Notes: generated by a model from the letters alone, not told the origin. A DNA stretch of 64,000 nucleotides from an uncultured Actinomyces sp. (GCA_938028585.1 CALIZH010000382.1:19221-83220); one strand, 5' to 3'. Shown: positions 36,885-46,879, numbered from the stretch's first letter. Numbers and translations are program-made.

Positions 36885-38669
36885 TTAGCGCTCTACGTGT
36901 TTGATCCAGCGGGTCTTGCCCGCGTCGTAGATGCGATAGAGCCTGTTGGCTAGAGCAGCCTCGTGCTCAGTTTGACCAGGCTCGTAAGCGAGATCAGGAT
37001 CGTCAATGAAACGCTGCTTCGTGTACGTGGAGCGATGAACACGCCCCCACTTGGTTGTGCGTCCGACGTAGCTATAACTTGCTGCTTGACGCTTATCTAG
37101 GGTGAAACCTGCTGCCTGATACATCCCACCGTCAGAGATGTCGTTATCGCTCCATGACGTCCACGTGTCTACGGGGAGAAGTGTTTCAGCATGGGCAAGG
37201 AGCTTGGTGAAACCACCAACGATCGTACCCAGTGTCGCGTAACGCTGAATATCCCATGTTCCCTCTGGCAGTGAGACACGCGAACCGTGGTTCTTGTGCC
37301 CCACACCGAGCAGAGCGCGCAAAACGTCATCTCGGTCGTAGAGACCGATGTTGACAGAGCACGGAACCGGGCCTTGGAGATGGTTGTCTTGCCAAAAACG
37401 GCGGGCAACGTCTCCTGGAACGATTTGAATTGTCAGCTTGCGTGCATAGAGACGTTCACAGGCCAGCGGGTTGATGTCGGGCAGAACATCAGGTAAACGA
37501 TCCACAGCATGGAGCCTGTGTGCAAGAGCGCGCATCACAAGCTCGCGCCGATGCACCCAGTCATCTTCCCACACGTGAACGAGCTGGTAGCCCTGTTCGC
37601 GCGCTTCACGTGTTTTCTCAGCGTGATAGTTGTGGGGGAGAGGTTTGGCATGTGCTTCCTTTTCAGCAGCCTCAGAGTGCCAGAACACCCCGTCGAACTC
37701 GATGGCGAGACGGTGGTCAGGTACGACGATATCGAGTTCTTTACCCGAGGGGAGAACCGTATGGTCGTCACCGAGGACTGTGCTCGTGGGAACTAGAGAA
37801 CGAACCATCTCGGTGAGGAGTGTTTGAGATGGGTTGGTGTGAAGCCTGTAGCATATGGGGCATCCCGAAGGTTTGACACGGTTGCTCGGAGCGGCCAGCC
37901 ATGTGTGCTCGGGATTGACTGTGCATTGCCAGAGCACAGGCGTGGTTCCACCCTTGCTCGTGGTCGTCGCTAGAGAGCGATCAACGAGCTGCACAGCCAG
38001 ATCGGGATGTGTGGTTGCAAGATCATTGACACCGGGGATGATGATCCTTCCTGAGCAGTACGGACAGCCGCTCTTTTTCGTCGTACGTGAGTACGGCGTT
38101 GCCTTCCACGTGTGATCGGGGTTCACCGAGCATTGCCAGAGCACAGACGTGTTTGACCCTGCTTTGAGCGTGGTTGCGAGAGACTGATCAACGAGCTGTG
38201 CTGCCAAGTCGGGATGCGTGGTTGCTAGGTCGCTGTGACCCGAAACAGGTTTACGGCCTGAGCATTGAGGGCAGCGCGTCCCTTGGCGCGCGACGTTGCT
38301 TAGAGGGGCGGTCCAATGGTCATGCGTGGGGTTACCACACCAGAGTTCAACCCTTTTGTTCGACGATCCGGTGAGCTGGGTGCGTAGGCTTTCATCAATC
38401 ATGAGAGCGGCCACGTCGGGATGAGTGGTGGCAACGTCGTTGACACCGGGGATCACGGTCTTTCCGTTGCATACGCTGCATCCGGTGGGGTTCTTCGCGT
38501 TGGTGCGGTTCATTGGGCTGGCCCACCACACGTGACGAGGGTCAACGGGGCAGCACCATTGGACTTTCTTGTCTGAGCCGCGAGCGATGGATCGTAGGGA
38601 TTGATCGACGAGCTGATCAGCAAGAGCGGGGTTGAATTGTTCAAGGGTTTGAGATGGTTTTCTTGGCAT
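36885..38669 (-). CDS. Four treble-clef Zn-finger (DUF4379-like) repeats, Vsr-like endonuclease and Hef/Mom-like C-terminal domain
   Basis: WxC..H.W.A....R....CxxC four times with DLATTHPD linkers; ELDIVVPDHRLAIEFDGVFWHS, LVHVWEDDW; VGGFTKLL..WSDNDISDGGMYQAAGF..RIYDAGKTRW. Confidence 0.8.
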   Translation of the reverse strand: MPRKPSQTLEQFNPALADQLVDQSLRSIARGSDKKVQWCCPVDPRHVWWASPMNRTNAKNPTGCSVCNGKTVIPGVNDVATTHPDVAALMIDESLRTQLTGSSNKRVELWCGNPTHDHWTAPLSNVARQGTRCPQCSGRKPVSGHSDLATTHPDLAAQLVDQSLATTLKAGSNTSVLWQCSVNPDHTWKATPYSRTTKKSGCPYCSGRIIIPGVNDLATTHPDLAVQLVDRSLATTTSKGGTTPVLWQCTVNPEHTWLAAPSNRVKPSGCPICYRLHTNPSQTLLTEMVRSLVPTSTVLGDDHTVLPSGKELDIVVPDHRLAIEFDGVFWHSEAAEKEAHAKPLPHNYHAEKTREAREQGYQLVHVWEDDWVHRRELVMRALAHRLHAVDRLPDVLPDINPLACERLYARKLTIQIVPGDVARRFWQDNHLQGPVPCSVNIGLYDRDDVLRALLGVGHKNHGSRVSLPEGTWDIQRYATLGTIVGGFTKLLAHAETLLPVDTWTSWSDNDISDGGMYQAAGFTLDKRQAASYSYVGRTTKWGRVHRSTYTKQRFIDDPDLAYEPGQTEHEAALANRLYRIYDAGKTRWIKHVER

Positions 38670-38786
38670 GGTCGTGCGGCCTCCTGCGTGGTTTTATCGG
38701 GTGTGGTTTACATGATCCAGTGTATCATAGATGCCCGTTTGTTATGGTAGAATTGATTCTGTATCCATTGGTGTACGAAAGGAAAG

Positions 38787-39179
38787 GTGTTTGAAATGGC
38801 GAGCCTTGATGAGAAAATTGCGAAAACTTTAGCGAAAATTAAGGCTTTGGATAAAAAGTTACGTGAAGTTGAAGCGAAAGAGCGTGCTCGTTTTGCAGAA
38901 GCTCTTATGGTAGTTTTTGATGAGATCGAAAAAGAATACACCGCTGTTTGCATACTTAAAGAGCGAGCGCAAGCCTTACTTGATGAGCAAGATATGAAAC
39001 GTCGTGAAGCTTCATTGAAGGCTGCTGAAACGCGTCGTCGTAAGGCTCAAGATTTGCGCGATGCATATGCTTATGATGCGTGGCTTGAGATCGTAATGGA
39101 TCAAGAGTCATATGACGATGATGGGCTTGTTGATGATCAAAGTGTTAGCGGTTTAGAGCCGCCTGAGCCTGAAGCATGA
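38787..39179 (+). CDS. Small coiled-coil hypothetical protein
   Basis: GAAAGGAAAGG RBS, extended -10 TGGTAGAAT upstream; ATG 38796 is an alternative start. Confidence 0.65.
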   Translation: MFEMASLDEKIAKTLAKIKALDKKLREVEAKERARFAEALMVVFDEIEKEYTAVCILKERAQALLDEQDMKRREASLKAAETRRRKAQDLRDAYAYDAWLEIVMDQESYDDDGLVDDQSVSGLEPPEPEA

Positions 39180-39657
39180 TGCTGATCAAAAACAGTTTGT
39201 ACAGCTCGCGGATATCGTCTCGATCACAACACGGGTGCGTGTTGGTGTAGATCTGCCATGAGGCATCATGGAGCGCTGTGCTGGTGGTTCGCATACGGTG
39301 AGAGTACCGCTCGGACACCCAGTGCAGCGCTTTTTTGCGTGATTTAAATCGTGGCATCGCTCTGTGGCATAGTGGGCACAGAAGGACGATGTTCGATGGT
39401 TTATCGTTTCCGCGTACGCAATGGTCTTGCAGGTGAGCACGTTCAAGAAAACAGCTTGCGCCCTTCCACTTGAAACCCTCGTGAATCTTCACAGGCGGGA
39501 TCCATCCACACGCGAAGCAAAATGGGATGTTCCAACCGATAACTACGCCTTTCATCCAGGGCTGAGGATGCGTACGCCAGTACTTGACGATTGTCGCAAC
39601 CGGGGGCATGTGTCGTTTGTAGTGGTGTTGTTCGTCCAGAATGGGATTGGAAGCCAT
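39145..39657 (-). CDS. HNH endonuclease-like protein
   Basis: CFACG..LERAHL..GNDKPSNIVLLCPLCH. Confidence 0.75.
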   Translation of the reverse strand: MASNPILDEQHHYKRHMPPVATIVKYWRTHPQPWMKGVVIGWNIPFCFACGWIPPVKIHEGFKWKGASCFLERAHLQDHCVRGNDKPSNIVLLCPLCHRAMPRFKSRKKALHWVSERYSHRMRTTSTALHDASWQIYTNTHPCCDRDDIRELYKLFLISIMLQAQAALNR

Positions 39658-39744
39658 GATTAATCTTTCGCTGATGTAAAAGGAAGCGGCGGCTCATAGG
39701 ACAGGTGCCTACAAGCCGCCGCATCTCGCGCTATGAGTGAGATA

Positions 39745-41175
39745 TCAACCCACGTTACGCTTTCTGAGAGCCAGAGTCAAACCACCAGCCAATGCAGTCG
39801 CGCTCAGGCCAAACAACGGAAGCGTTGATGAGCCTGTGTGCGCAAGGCTCGCGGAAGTCTGAGAAGACTTAGGGGTCTTGATACTATTGGCCTTTGGAGA
39901 GTTGCTCGGAGCGGATTCCTGCGATGGTGTAGCAGATGTGCTTGGAGCAGGTGTCTGCGACGGGGTAGCAGGAGTGGTCGTGCTCGGGGCAGGAGTCGGT
40001 GACGATGTCTGAGACCCACTCGGTTGAGGTTCAGGAGTGGTTACGCTTGGCGTAGGGGTAGATTCCGTGGCGCTTGGCGTTGGTTCCGTACTCGGTGAAG
40101 GTGATGGCTGCGTAACATCAGGTGTTGGAGCCTCACTTGGTTCAATGGTGGGGGTAGCTACGCTCGGCGTGGGAGCAGGTAGTTTGGGGAGTTCAACGAC
40201 CTCGTTTTCTGCGGCCCATCCGTCAGAAACAGTGTCGTTAATCAGGTACTTACCCCATGTCTCAGATTGCTTGTTCTTTTCAACGCTCCATACCCATGTA
40301 ACGTAACCTCCGTCAAGGTTGAACGGTTTGTTGATGGTTGCGGTCTTAGTGCCTGGCTCGTTGAAGTTCAGATCGGTTTCACCGATGAGCTGAGCGTCTG
40401 CCGGAGTGGGGCTACCTTTAACGGGTTTGTCTGCCGTGTGATACGCACGACCATGAACGCTCACTTGGGCCTTCTTGCCGTCTACCGTGAGCCACGGGGC
40501 GGTTTCCCCTTCTGCGAGGTCCCAAACGGGAACGGCATCGAGTGTTACGTCGTCATTAAGAGTAGAACCTTCACTATTTGTGTCAGCATTACTCGAAACC
40601 TTGACATCCCATTCGCAATGAGCTGCGAGAACCTGGGGGATGGCGGGATTAGGCTGACCTCCTGGGTGATAACCGATCTCAACGCGTCCAACACGGAAGT
40701 CGCTATCCCAAATCTGCTGGTACCATGCGTTGAGGTTCGCTTGGGTTCGACCTTCTGGGGTGGAGACGTTCTCTGGGGTTGTTCCGACGACATCGGGAAC
40801 GTCGGCACGTACTCCGGTAGGTGATACGCGATCCTTGTTCACCCACTGCCAGTCAAAGCCGGTTGCAGAACGCGACGGGGGAACCGGCGTACCGCGCAAC
40901 GAGGTGTTTGAGGTTGAAAAACTCATGGGGCCAACCGTGAACTGCACACCTTCACGCATGACGGTGCAGTGATCGCTGAATTCTCCGGTTGCTCCGGTGA
41001 GAGCGTCGGTTGCTCCATTAGCAGAGTGCGCTTCATTGAAAATAACAACCTGTTCATCGGCTGCTGCGGTGGCTTGAGCGTGGTTGTAGGTGGCGATCCC
41101 TCCGACAAGAAGAGCTGTCGATGCGGCTGTAGCACCGACAGCAACAAGAGTTCCTTTGATTTGTTCGTGCGACAT
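39745..41175 (-). CDS. Sortase-anchored cell-surface protein (adhesin / mating-pair candidate)
   Basis: Signal peptide, Pro/Thr/Ser-rich stalk, LAHTG motif, TM helix and RKRN tail. Confidence 0.88.
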   Translation of the reverse strand: MSHEQIKGTLVAVGATAASTALLVGGIATYNHAQATAAADEQVVIFNEAHSANGATDALTGATGEFSDHCTVMREGVQFTVGPMSFSTSNTSLRGTPVPPSRSATGFDWQWVNKDRVSPTGVRADVPDVVGTTPENVSTPEGRTQANLNAWYQQIWDSDFRVGRVEIGYHPGGQPNPAIPQVLAAHCEWDVKVSSNADTNSEGSTLNDDVTLDAVPVWDLAEGETAPWLTVDGKKAQVSVHGRAYHTADKPVKGSPTPADAQLIGETDLNFNEPGTKTATINKPFNLDGGYVTWVWSVEKNKQSETWGKYLINDTVSDGWAAENEVVELPKLPAPTPSVATPTIEPSEAPTPDVTQPSPSPSTEPTPSATESTPTPSVTTPEPQPSGSQTSSPTPAPSTTTPATPSQTPAPSTSATPSQESAPSNSPKANSIKTPKSSQTSASLAHTGSSTLPLFGLSATALAGGLTLALRKRNVG

Positions 41176-41328
41176 CAGTGGTGTCCTTTCTGTTGTGTGT
41201 TCGAGTGGGTTGTCATTCGCTTAGTGGATGTTACACACGAGAGATGCGCTCTCGTGACACCGACATCAGCGATATGACTGTCACGTATCTAGTATACCCG
41301 ATACAAAAGTGTTTTGACAGGGTTTTTA

Positions 41329-41357
41329 TTGAGAAACGTGGGTTTTTCAGGTATTAT
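41329..41357 (+). promoter_or_regulatory. sigA-type promoter candidate for the RNA polymerase gene
   Basis: TTGAGA-17 nt-TATTAT, followed by palindrome GGGTAATTACCC at 41362-41373. Confidence 0.5.
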
Positions 41358-41412
41358 GTAAGGGTAATTACCCGATCGGCCCAACTGGGCCGAACCTGAA
41401 AAGGAGAATGCT

Positions 41413-44400
41413 ATGCAAACGCGTAATGCCGGTTTGCGTCGGTACATGTATGAGTACATGATCGCCCGTACGATCAATCGAACGAGTGAGCTGATCGGTC
41501 AGCCGATCCTAGTCTCCCAAGGTCGTCATTTGCGTGATCTCATGGAGGCCAAACTTAATGAAAACGGACGTTCGTTCAATGATGGGGATCTGGGTGTCCC
41601 CGAAGCACTCGACGCTATTCAGAGCGTCATGAGTGAGAACGTCCTTGGGTACAAGCCTTTGTTTAGTCCCGCTGATACATCGAGCAAGGGTTACAAGGCG
41701 TTGTACAAAGACTTTACGGCGACGATTGGTCTCGGCGGATCTGCTGGTGCAGCCGGGCCGCGCCTGCCGATTTCTCCCTATGATCCTCGGTGGGGGACGC
41801 GTCGAAGCGTCAAGCAAGCTGGTTCATCGATTTTGTATATTCTCGACGATGACATCGCCGGATTTGCAGACGGTAAGCCCAGCAGCCTGGAAAAGGTGAC
41901 GTCCTCGGAGCTGAAGCTCTATCGTTTGAACGAAGATGGGGATGCGAAAGAAGCAGGTCGGGCGCTCAGCCTCGATGATATCTCGGGTCTGACTGAACTC
42001 ATGGGTCGCATGACTACGGCTGAGTACAATGACGTGCGTCAGTGGGTACTCGACGGCGCTCGCAACCCTGAAACGGGTCGTTACAACGCTCGTCAGTTCA
42101 TGTCTACCGATGCACTTGCCCGCTCCAGGGCTGTGCTCGATATGTTGGCCGAAGAGGGTATCCCCTACACGATCGAAAAGGATCTGCGTCCCGGTCAGAT
42201 CCGTGCACGTCTCACGGGAACGAACATGACCGTTCGCCTGACTGATACTCGCGAGAAAGAACAGTGGGTAGGCCGCGTGTATGACAACGGTGCAACGCTG
42301 TACTTCTCCACGACTGCTCGTCGGGATAACAAGCAGGTTGCGTACACACCCACTGTTGACGAGGTGTGCGACCTTGTGCGCGTGGCTCTGGGACGCCCCG
42401 TGGAGCGCAAGGACGGTAAAGGTCTTGTCGGCCACGTTGGGAAGCGTCAAAGCAAGAATAAGACGCTTCAAGAGTCGTATTTGTCCACAGACACGCTCAC
42501 GAGCGCGTATAAGGACATGCCGGGAGCAAATGGTGAGCAGGTCGTCATTCGTCGTCAGATGAAGGAGCGCTCCGCCTCGTCTCGTTTCTTCGTTGATACG
42601 CCCGAGGGTCAAGCCCAAGCATCGACGTTTATCACCGATGCTGTTCGTAGCGCTCGCATCAATGTGGAGCAGCAGCTCGATGTTGACGGCTTGATCCGTC
42701 AGCTCAGCGAGCATGAAGACGAAGCACGCGAGGGAACGTATGTTCCGGTGCTGTCCGGCGATCCTGATCTCGCTGCTGTTGGGCGTGCCTATTGGGACGT
42801 TTTGCGCGGAGCGGAGACCACATTGCTTAAGCCTGATGCGACTCGGAGTGAATACGCTGAAGCAACAGGATTGCTCGATGAGATGGATCAAGAGAGTGAT
42901 CTCTCTGGTGTTCATGACATGCTGGCAGGTTCCGTTGCCTACACAGGTACGCCAGAAGAGCGTGTTCGTGCGCATCTTCGCGATCTGCTCGATACTCAGA
43001 TCGGCGTGGATGCACCGATTGAGTCGGATGAGTTTGTCTTTGATCCCGTGCGTGTTGGTCGTTACATGACCAGTGAATACGGTCAGTGGCGCAACAATGA
43101 TGATCTTGTGGCTGCAATGCGTACCGCGCGCTTGCCGAAGGAAAAGATCGTTGGTGAATCGTTCTATTCCAACGCGTTCCGTGATCGACTGATTACGTTC
43201 GATGAGTCCACGGCGTTGTCGATAGACGTTGTGGACGATGAGTTCACCACATCGATGCTCCAGGTGGTTTCAGACACGCTCGAATCGTGCGCGGTGACCC
43301 CTGGGTCGATCCGCGTCGATGCCAACGGCGTTGTCGAGTGGACCGGCTCAATCATGCGTTCCCAGACAGGCCGAGAAGAGCCTGTGAGCGGAACGATTGG
43401 GCAGATCTTCGCTCGCGGTGAGAACGGTGAGATCATCACTCGTTTCAACTCCGGTAACGATCTCATGATCGTGCCTGGTTTTGAGGCGCGTGTTGTCAGT
43501 CAAAAACCCGGAGAGAACAAGTCTCTCGAAGAGCGCACTCGGCTGATCGGTTACGAACAGCAGATGAGTGATGCGATTCGCTATCGGGTTCAAGCTGATG
43601 TGCTTACAGGCCGGTCTCGCGTCGGTGAGCCTGCATCCCTTAATGGTGTGTATCGTAGGCTGACTGATACGCGCCACCGCGCTGATCACTATGAGCGAGC
43701 GCTCGAAGAGGGTATGGATCGAGAAGTACTTGATGCTATTCTTGCCACCGAAGCGCGTCGCGTGCGCTATCCTAACGCTTTGCGTGATGGATCAACCATT
43801 GATGCTGATTTCCGTGCCTCTCGTGCACGTGAGCAGGGCTTTGGCTCAGATCCTGCCAATGACACGACGATGGATCCGTGGGTACTCACGGGTGGTCGTA
43901 ACATGTCGCTGCTCAGCGAGGAAGCTGATGGGTACTTTGATCCCATTATGACATCGAGCGGTGTCAACCAAGGTGTGACTCGTTATCTGGTTTCTGGTGC
44001 TCAGGTGAACGCCGATGGATCGATTGTTCCATCTGATAAGAGCGATCGTGCTCCGTTGATGCTCACGAAGCAAGCTGAGTTCATGAGTTATGATCCCTTC
44101 GATCGTCAGCAGATGACGACCTCCAATCTCATGAATGCCTCGTCTGTGACGAAGCCTGTGGGCACGGCGTTCATGACAGCAGGTGGTTGGACGATGGAAG
44201 ACTCCATCGTTGTATCGGCTGACTTCGCACGTCAATATCGCGTTCGTGGAACCGATGGTGAGATGCGTGATCTCATTGTTGGCGACAAGATTTCGGACAT
44301 GCACGGAAACAAGGGCGTGATCTCGCTCATTGTTGACCGTGATGCGCCGTTAACGTCCTCGGAGATCGAAGATTTGTACGGTTCCACCGACATGATGGAT

Positions 44401-46866
44401 CTGTTCAGGCAGAACCGCGATCTTGACGTTGTTATGGCACCGTTTAGCGCGGTGTCTCGTTTCAACGGTGGCTCGGCGCGTGAAGCGATGCAGAGTACTG
44501 CTCCGTTGTACCTGCCAAATGGCGAGGTCGTTGAGAACGGTATCGGTCAGGTGTCTTTCATTGGAACACACATGACGGTTGATGCGAAGACAGCGGCGTA
44601 TGACGATGCTGCTATTCGCGCTGGTCAAGGACGTAAAGCCTCGTCTCAGCTTGCCTGGGCATTGCAGTCCCAGGGTTGCGATAAGGTGTTGGAGCAGATC
44701 TATGGCGGCAACCTGCAAGCTCTGGCTCAACTTCGTGAGATGGCTCTGGTGTGCGGCCTTGATATCGAACCCGATGGAACGCTGCGTGAGGGTCACGATG
44801 ATCTCGCTGTTGGTGGTCAGCGTCGTCTCATCGAGATGGGCGAGGTTCCTGTGACCGAACGCGGGTCGTTTGACGTGCGTAAGGTTCGGAGCGATTTTGC
44901 TGCACTCATTGGTGATGCTGGTGGTGACATGGAGATCCCGTTCCCGCTGACGATGCCAACGGGGGAGCGTATACCTCATGCAACGGATACCACGTGGCGT
45001 GTGCCGGTGCTCAGCTCGCACTTGCGCTCTGGTCAAGACCTCGATGATGGGTCGTCAACGGTCCACGACTACACGTATCGGTATTTGACGATCCGTGAGT
45101 GGGCGCTGCGGTACAAGCACGCTGCTGACCGCGCTGCCTCGGGTGAGCTGACGGGTAAGGATCTGGCTGATGCTCGTCAGACGATGGCTGAGGCTATGCA
45201 CCGCGCACAGACGGCGTACGATGGCATTGCTCAGGACATTATGCGCCGTCGGTTCACGGGCAAGCACAATGTCTTCAAGGAAGGCTTGATGGCCTCTCGC
45301 CTGCCTCGCTCGGCTACAGCCGTGTGGACAGGTGATCCGCGCTTAGACATTGATCAGGTCGGCGTTGGCCCAGAGCTGGCGAAGAAGCTGCGACTGCGCG
45401 ATGGCGATTACGCTTTGATCTGGCGTGATCCGGTGCTGCGTGATGCGGGCATTCGTTACATGCGAGTGAGCATCGACGAGAGGCTCACGGGTGTCAGCGT
45501 GAACCCGAACATGGTCAAGTGCTTCGACGGTGACTTCGATGGCGACTCGGTGGCAGTCGTCAACCTGGGTCACGGGGCTGCTCATGAGCAAGCCATGGAG
45601 AGGCTGAGCGTTGAGGCGAATCTCCTTGACCTCGGTCAAGGCATGGATGACGAAGGTCGCTACCCTCTGGCGATGCATGATGCTTTGGACGTCAAGGTGT
45701 CTCAGCACTACGACTTCCGCCACGGTGAGGCGATGGCCGCTGTTCACCAGATGGCAAATGACGTCTACTACGATTTCATTGAGGGTGAGTCAACACGCAA
45801 GGATTTCTTGGAACTAAGCCGTGAGGTGAGTGCTGATATATCTCGGATGTATCACGATGCACTGCGTCATCAGTATGGCGAGGCTGTACTATCCTTTGGG
45901 TCGGTTCATGAGCACATGGACTCTGTTGAGAGGGCATGTATCGAGACTGGAGCGAAGGGTTCGCCCAAGAAGATGCTTGATTACGCCAAGTACATCGGAT
46001 ACGACCCCAAGACGGGGAAAGATCTGGGGGTTACTCAGGTGACGCGGGGTGATCAGCTTGGCACCATGTACGCAACGGCTGTGAAATCGTTTGGTACAGG
46101 GGTTGCTGGAACCTTCTCTCAGCGTGGTGTGCGAGCGCTGCGAAACGACGAGCTGAAAGCTGTGTTGGAGCTGACCTACCCTGTGACTCAGAGTATTTTG
46201 CAAGCCAAGCATGACCCGGTGGATGCTCGTCACCGTTACGAGTTGCTCATGGGGCCTGCTCGAAGCCTGTGGCGCGGACAGATGATTGCTCAGGGAAACG
46301 ATGGTGTGTGGAACACCGTTCTCGACGCTGAGCACAAGCCTGTTCAAGCGACGAAGGAGCAGTGGGTCGAGACGTTCTCTCGCTTCTACGGTGACGACGG
46401 TTTGGGTGTTGCGATTAACGCTGAGAACATCGAAAAGGTTGCTACAGCTCTCAGTGATAGCAATGGTGTGATGCTCAACCTGGAGGATGAGAAGGTCATC
46501 GAAAAGTTGGCCTCACCGATGGATCGCCTGGCTTATGGCGGTGATTTCACGACGATGCAAGCCTTGGCTCACGAGCGAGCAGGTCTGTTCGAAGGAAAGT
46601 GGAATGGGAGCTTCGCTCCTGCTCGCGTGCGTGAGGTGCTCCAGGCTGATGTGGAGACGCAAGTCGAGGCTCCTGTCATCGCGATGGAAGACACCGTGGC
46701 ACGCGCTCAAGCAGAGGAAACCATCGGACGACGCAAGTCGACGTCATGGGCTGTTCCCGTTCGCTCGAAGGTGGGCACGGCACATGTGAGCAGAGGTACG
46801 ACAGCTCAGTACCGGGTGCCAGCGCCTGTTGCTGTCGAGAGTGAGGATGATGGCTTCGAGCTGTGA
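41413..46866 (+). CDS. Single-polypeptide two-barrel (beta/beta'-like) DNA-dependent RNA polymerase, 1817 aa
   Basis: beta motifs AFMTAGGWTMEDSIVVS, VGDKISDMHGNKGVIS, DVVMAPFSAVSRFN; beta' motifs GKHNVFKEGLMASRL, LIWRDPVL, NPNMVKCFDGDFDGD (DFDGD at 45532-45546), TGAKGS, ATAVKS..G, PVTQSILQAKH. Confidence 0.93.
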   Translation: MQTRNAGLRRYMYEYMIARTINRTSELIGQPILVSQGRHLRDLMEAKLNENGRSFNDGDLGVPEALDAIQSVMSENVLGYKPLFSPADTSSKGYKALYKDFTATIGLGGSAGAAGPRLPISPYDPRWGTRRSVKQAGSSILYILDDDIAGFADGKPSSLEKVTSSELKLYRLNEDGDAKEAGRALSLDDISGLTELMGRMTTAEYNDVRQWVLDGARNPETGRYNARQFMSTDALARSRAVLDMLAEEGIPYTIEKDLRPGQIRARLTGTNMTVRLTDTREKEQWVGRVYDNGATLYFSTTARRDNKQVAYTPTVDEVCDLVRVALGRPVERKDGKGLVGHVGKRQSKNKTLQESYLSTDTLTSAYKDMPGANGEQVVIRRQMKERSASSRFFVDTPEGQAQASTFITDAVRSARINVEQQLDVDGLIRQLSEHEDEAREGTYVPVLSGDPDLAAVGRAYWDVLRGAETTLLKPDATRSEYAEATGLLDEMDQESDLSGVHDMLAGSVAYTGTPEERVRAHLRDLLDTQIGVDAPIESDEFVFDPVRVGRYMTSEYGQWRNNDDLVAAMRTARLPKEKIVGESFYSNAFRDRLITFDESTALSIDVVDDEFTTSMLQVVSDTLESCAVTPGSIRVDANGVVEWTGSIMRSQTGREEPVSGTIGQIFARGENGEIITRFNSGNDLMIVPGFEARVVSQKPGENKSLEERTRLIGYEQQMSDAIRYRVQADVLTGRSRVGEPASLNGVYRRLTDTRHRADHYERALEEGMDREVLDAILATEARRVRYPNALRDGSTIDADFRASRAREQGFGSDPANDTTMDPWVLTGGRNMSLLSEEADGYFDPIMTSSGVNQGVTRYLVSGAQVNADGSIVPSDKSDRAPLMLTKQAEFMSYDPFDRQQMTTSNLMNASSVTKPVGTAFMTAGGWTMEDSIVVSADFARQYRVRGTDGEMRDLIVGDKISDMHGNKGVISLIVDRDAPLTSSEIEDLYGSTDMMDLFRQNRDLDVVMAPFSAVSRFNGGSAREAMQSTAPLYLPNGEVVENGIGQVSFIGTHMTVDAKTAAYDDAAIRAGQGRKASSQLAWALQSQGCDKVLEQIYGGNLQALAQLREMALVCGLDIEPDGTLREGHDDLAVGGQRRLIEMGEVPVTERGSFDVRKVRSDFAALIGDAGGDMEIPFPLTMPTGERIPHATDTTWRVPVLSSHLRSGQDLDDGSSTVHDYTYRYLTIREWALRYKHAADRAASGELTGKDLADARQTMAEAMHRAQTAYDGIAQDIMRRRFTGKHNVFKEGLMASRLPRSATAVWTGDPRLDIDQVGVGPELAKKLRLRDGDYALIWRDPVLRDAGIRYMRVSIDERLTGVSVNPNMVKCFDGDFDGDSVAVVNLGHGAAHEQAMERLSVEANLLDLGQGMDDEGRYPLAMHDALDVKVSQHYDFRHGEAMAAVHQMANDVYYDFIEGESTRKDFLELSREVSADISRMYHDALRHQYGEAVLSFGSVHEHMDSVERACIETGAKGSPKKMLDYAKYIGYDPKTGKDLGVTQVTRGDQLGTMYATAVKSFGTGVAGTFSQRGVRALRNDELKAVLELTYPVTQSILQAKHDPVDARHRYELLMGPARSLWRGQMIAQGNDGVWNTVLDAEHKPVQATKEQWVETFSRFYGDDGLGVAINAENIEKVATALSDSNGVMLNLEDEKVIEKLASPMDRLAYGGDFTTMQALAHERAGLFEGKWNGSFAPARVREVLQADVETQVEAPVIAMEDTVARAQAEETIGRRKSTSWAVPVRSKVGTAHVSRGTTAQYRVPAPVAVESEDDGFEL

Positions 46867-46879
46867 GTCATCAGTCGTG

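Noticed and set aside
37850..38600. DNA-level repeats such as CATTGCCAGAGCACAG and TTGACACCGGGGAT
   Set aside because: Explained by the tandem Zn-finger protein repeats of ORF 36885..38669
39880..40190. Low-complexity repeats in the surface protein gene (also 15640-15880 in the virB6-like gene)
   Set aside because: Ordinary Pro/Thr/Ala-rich linkers, not a nucleotide repeat array
41413..46866. Interpretation as host rpoB/rpoC or an rpoBC fusion
   Set aside because: Far too short and divergent (FDGDFDGD rather than YNADFDGD), with no ribosomal-protein gene context
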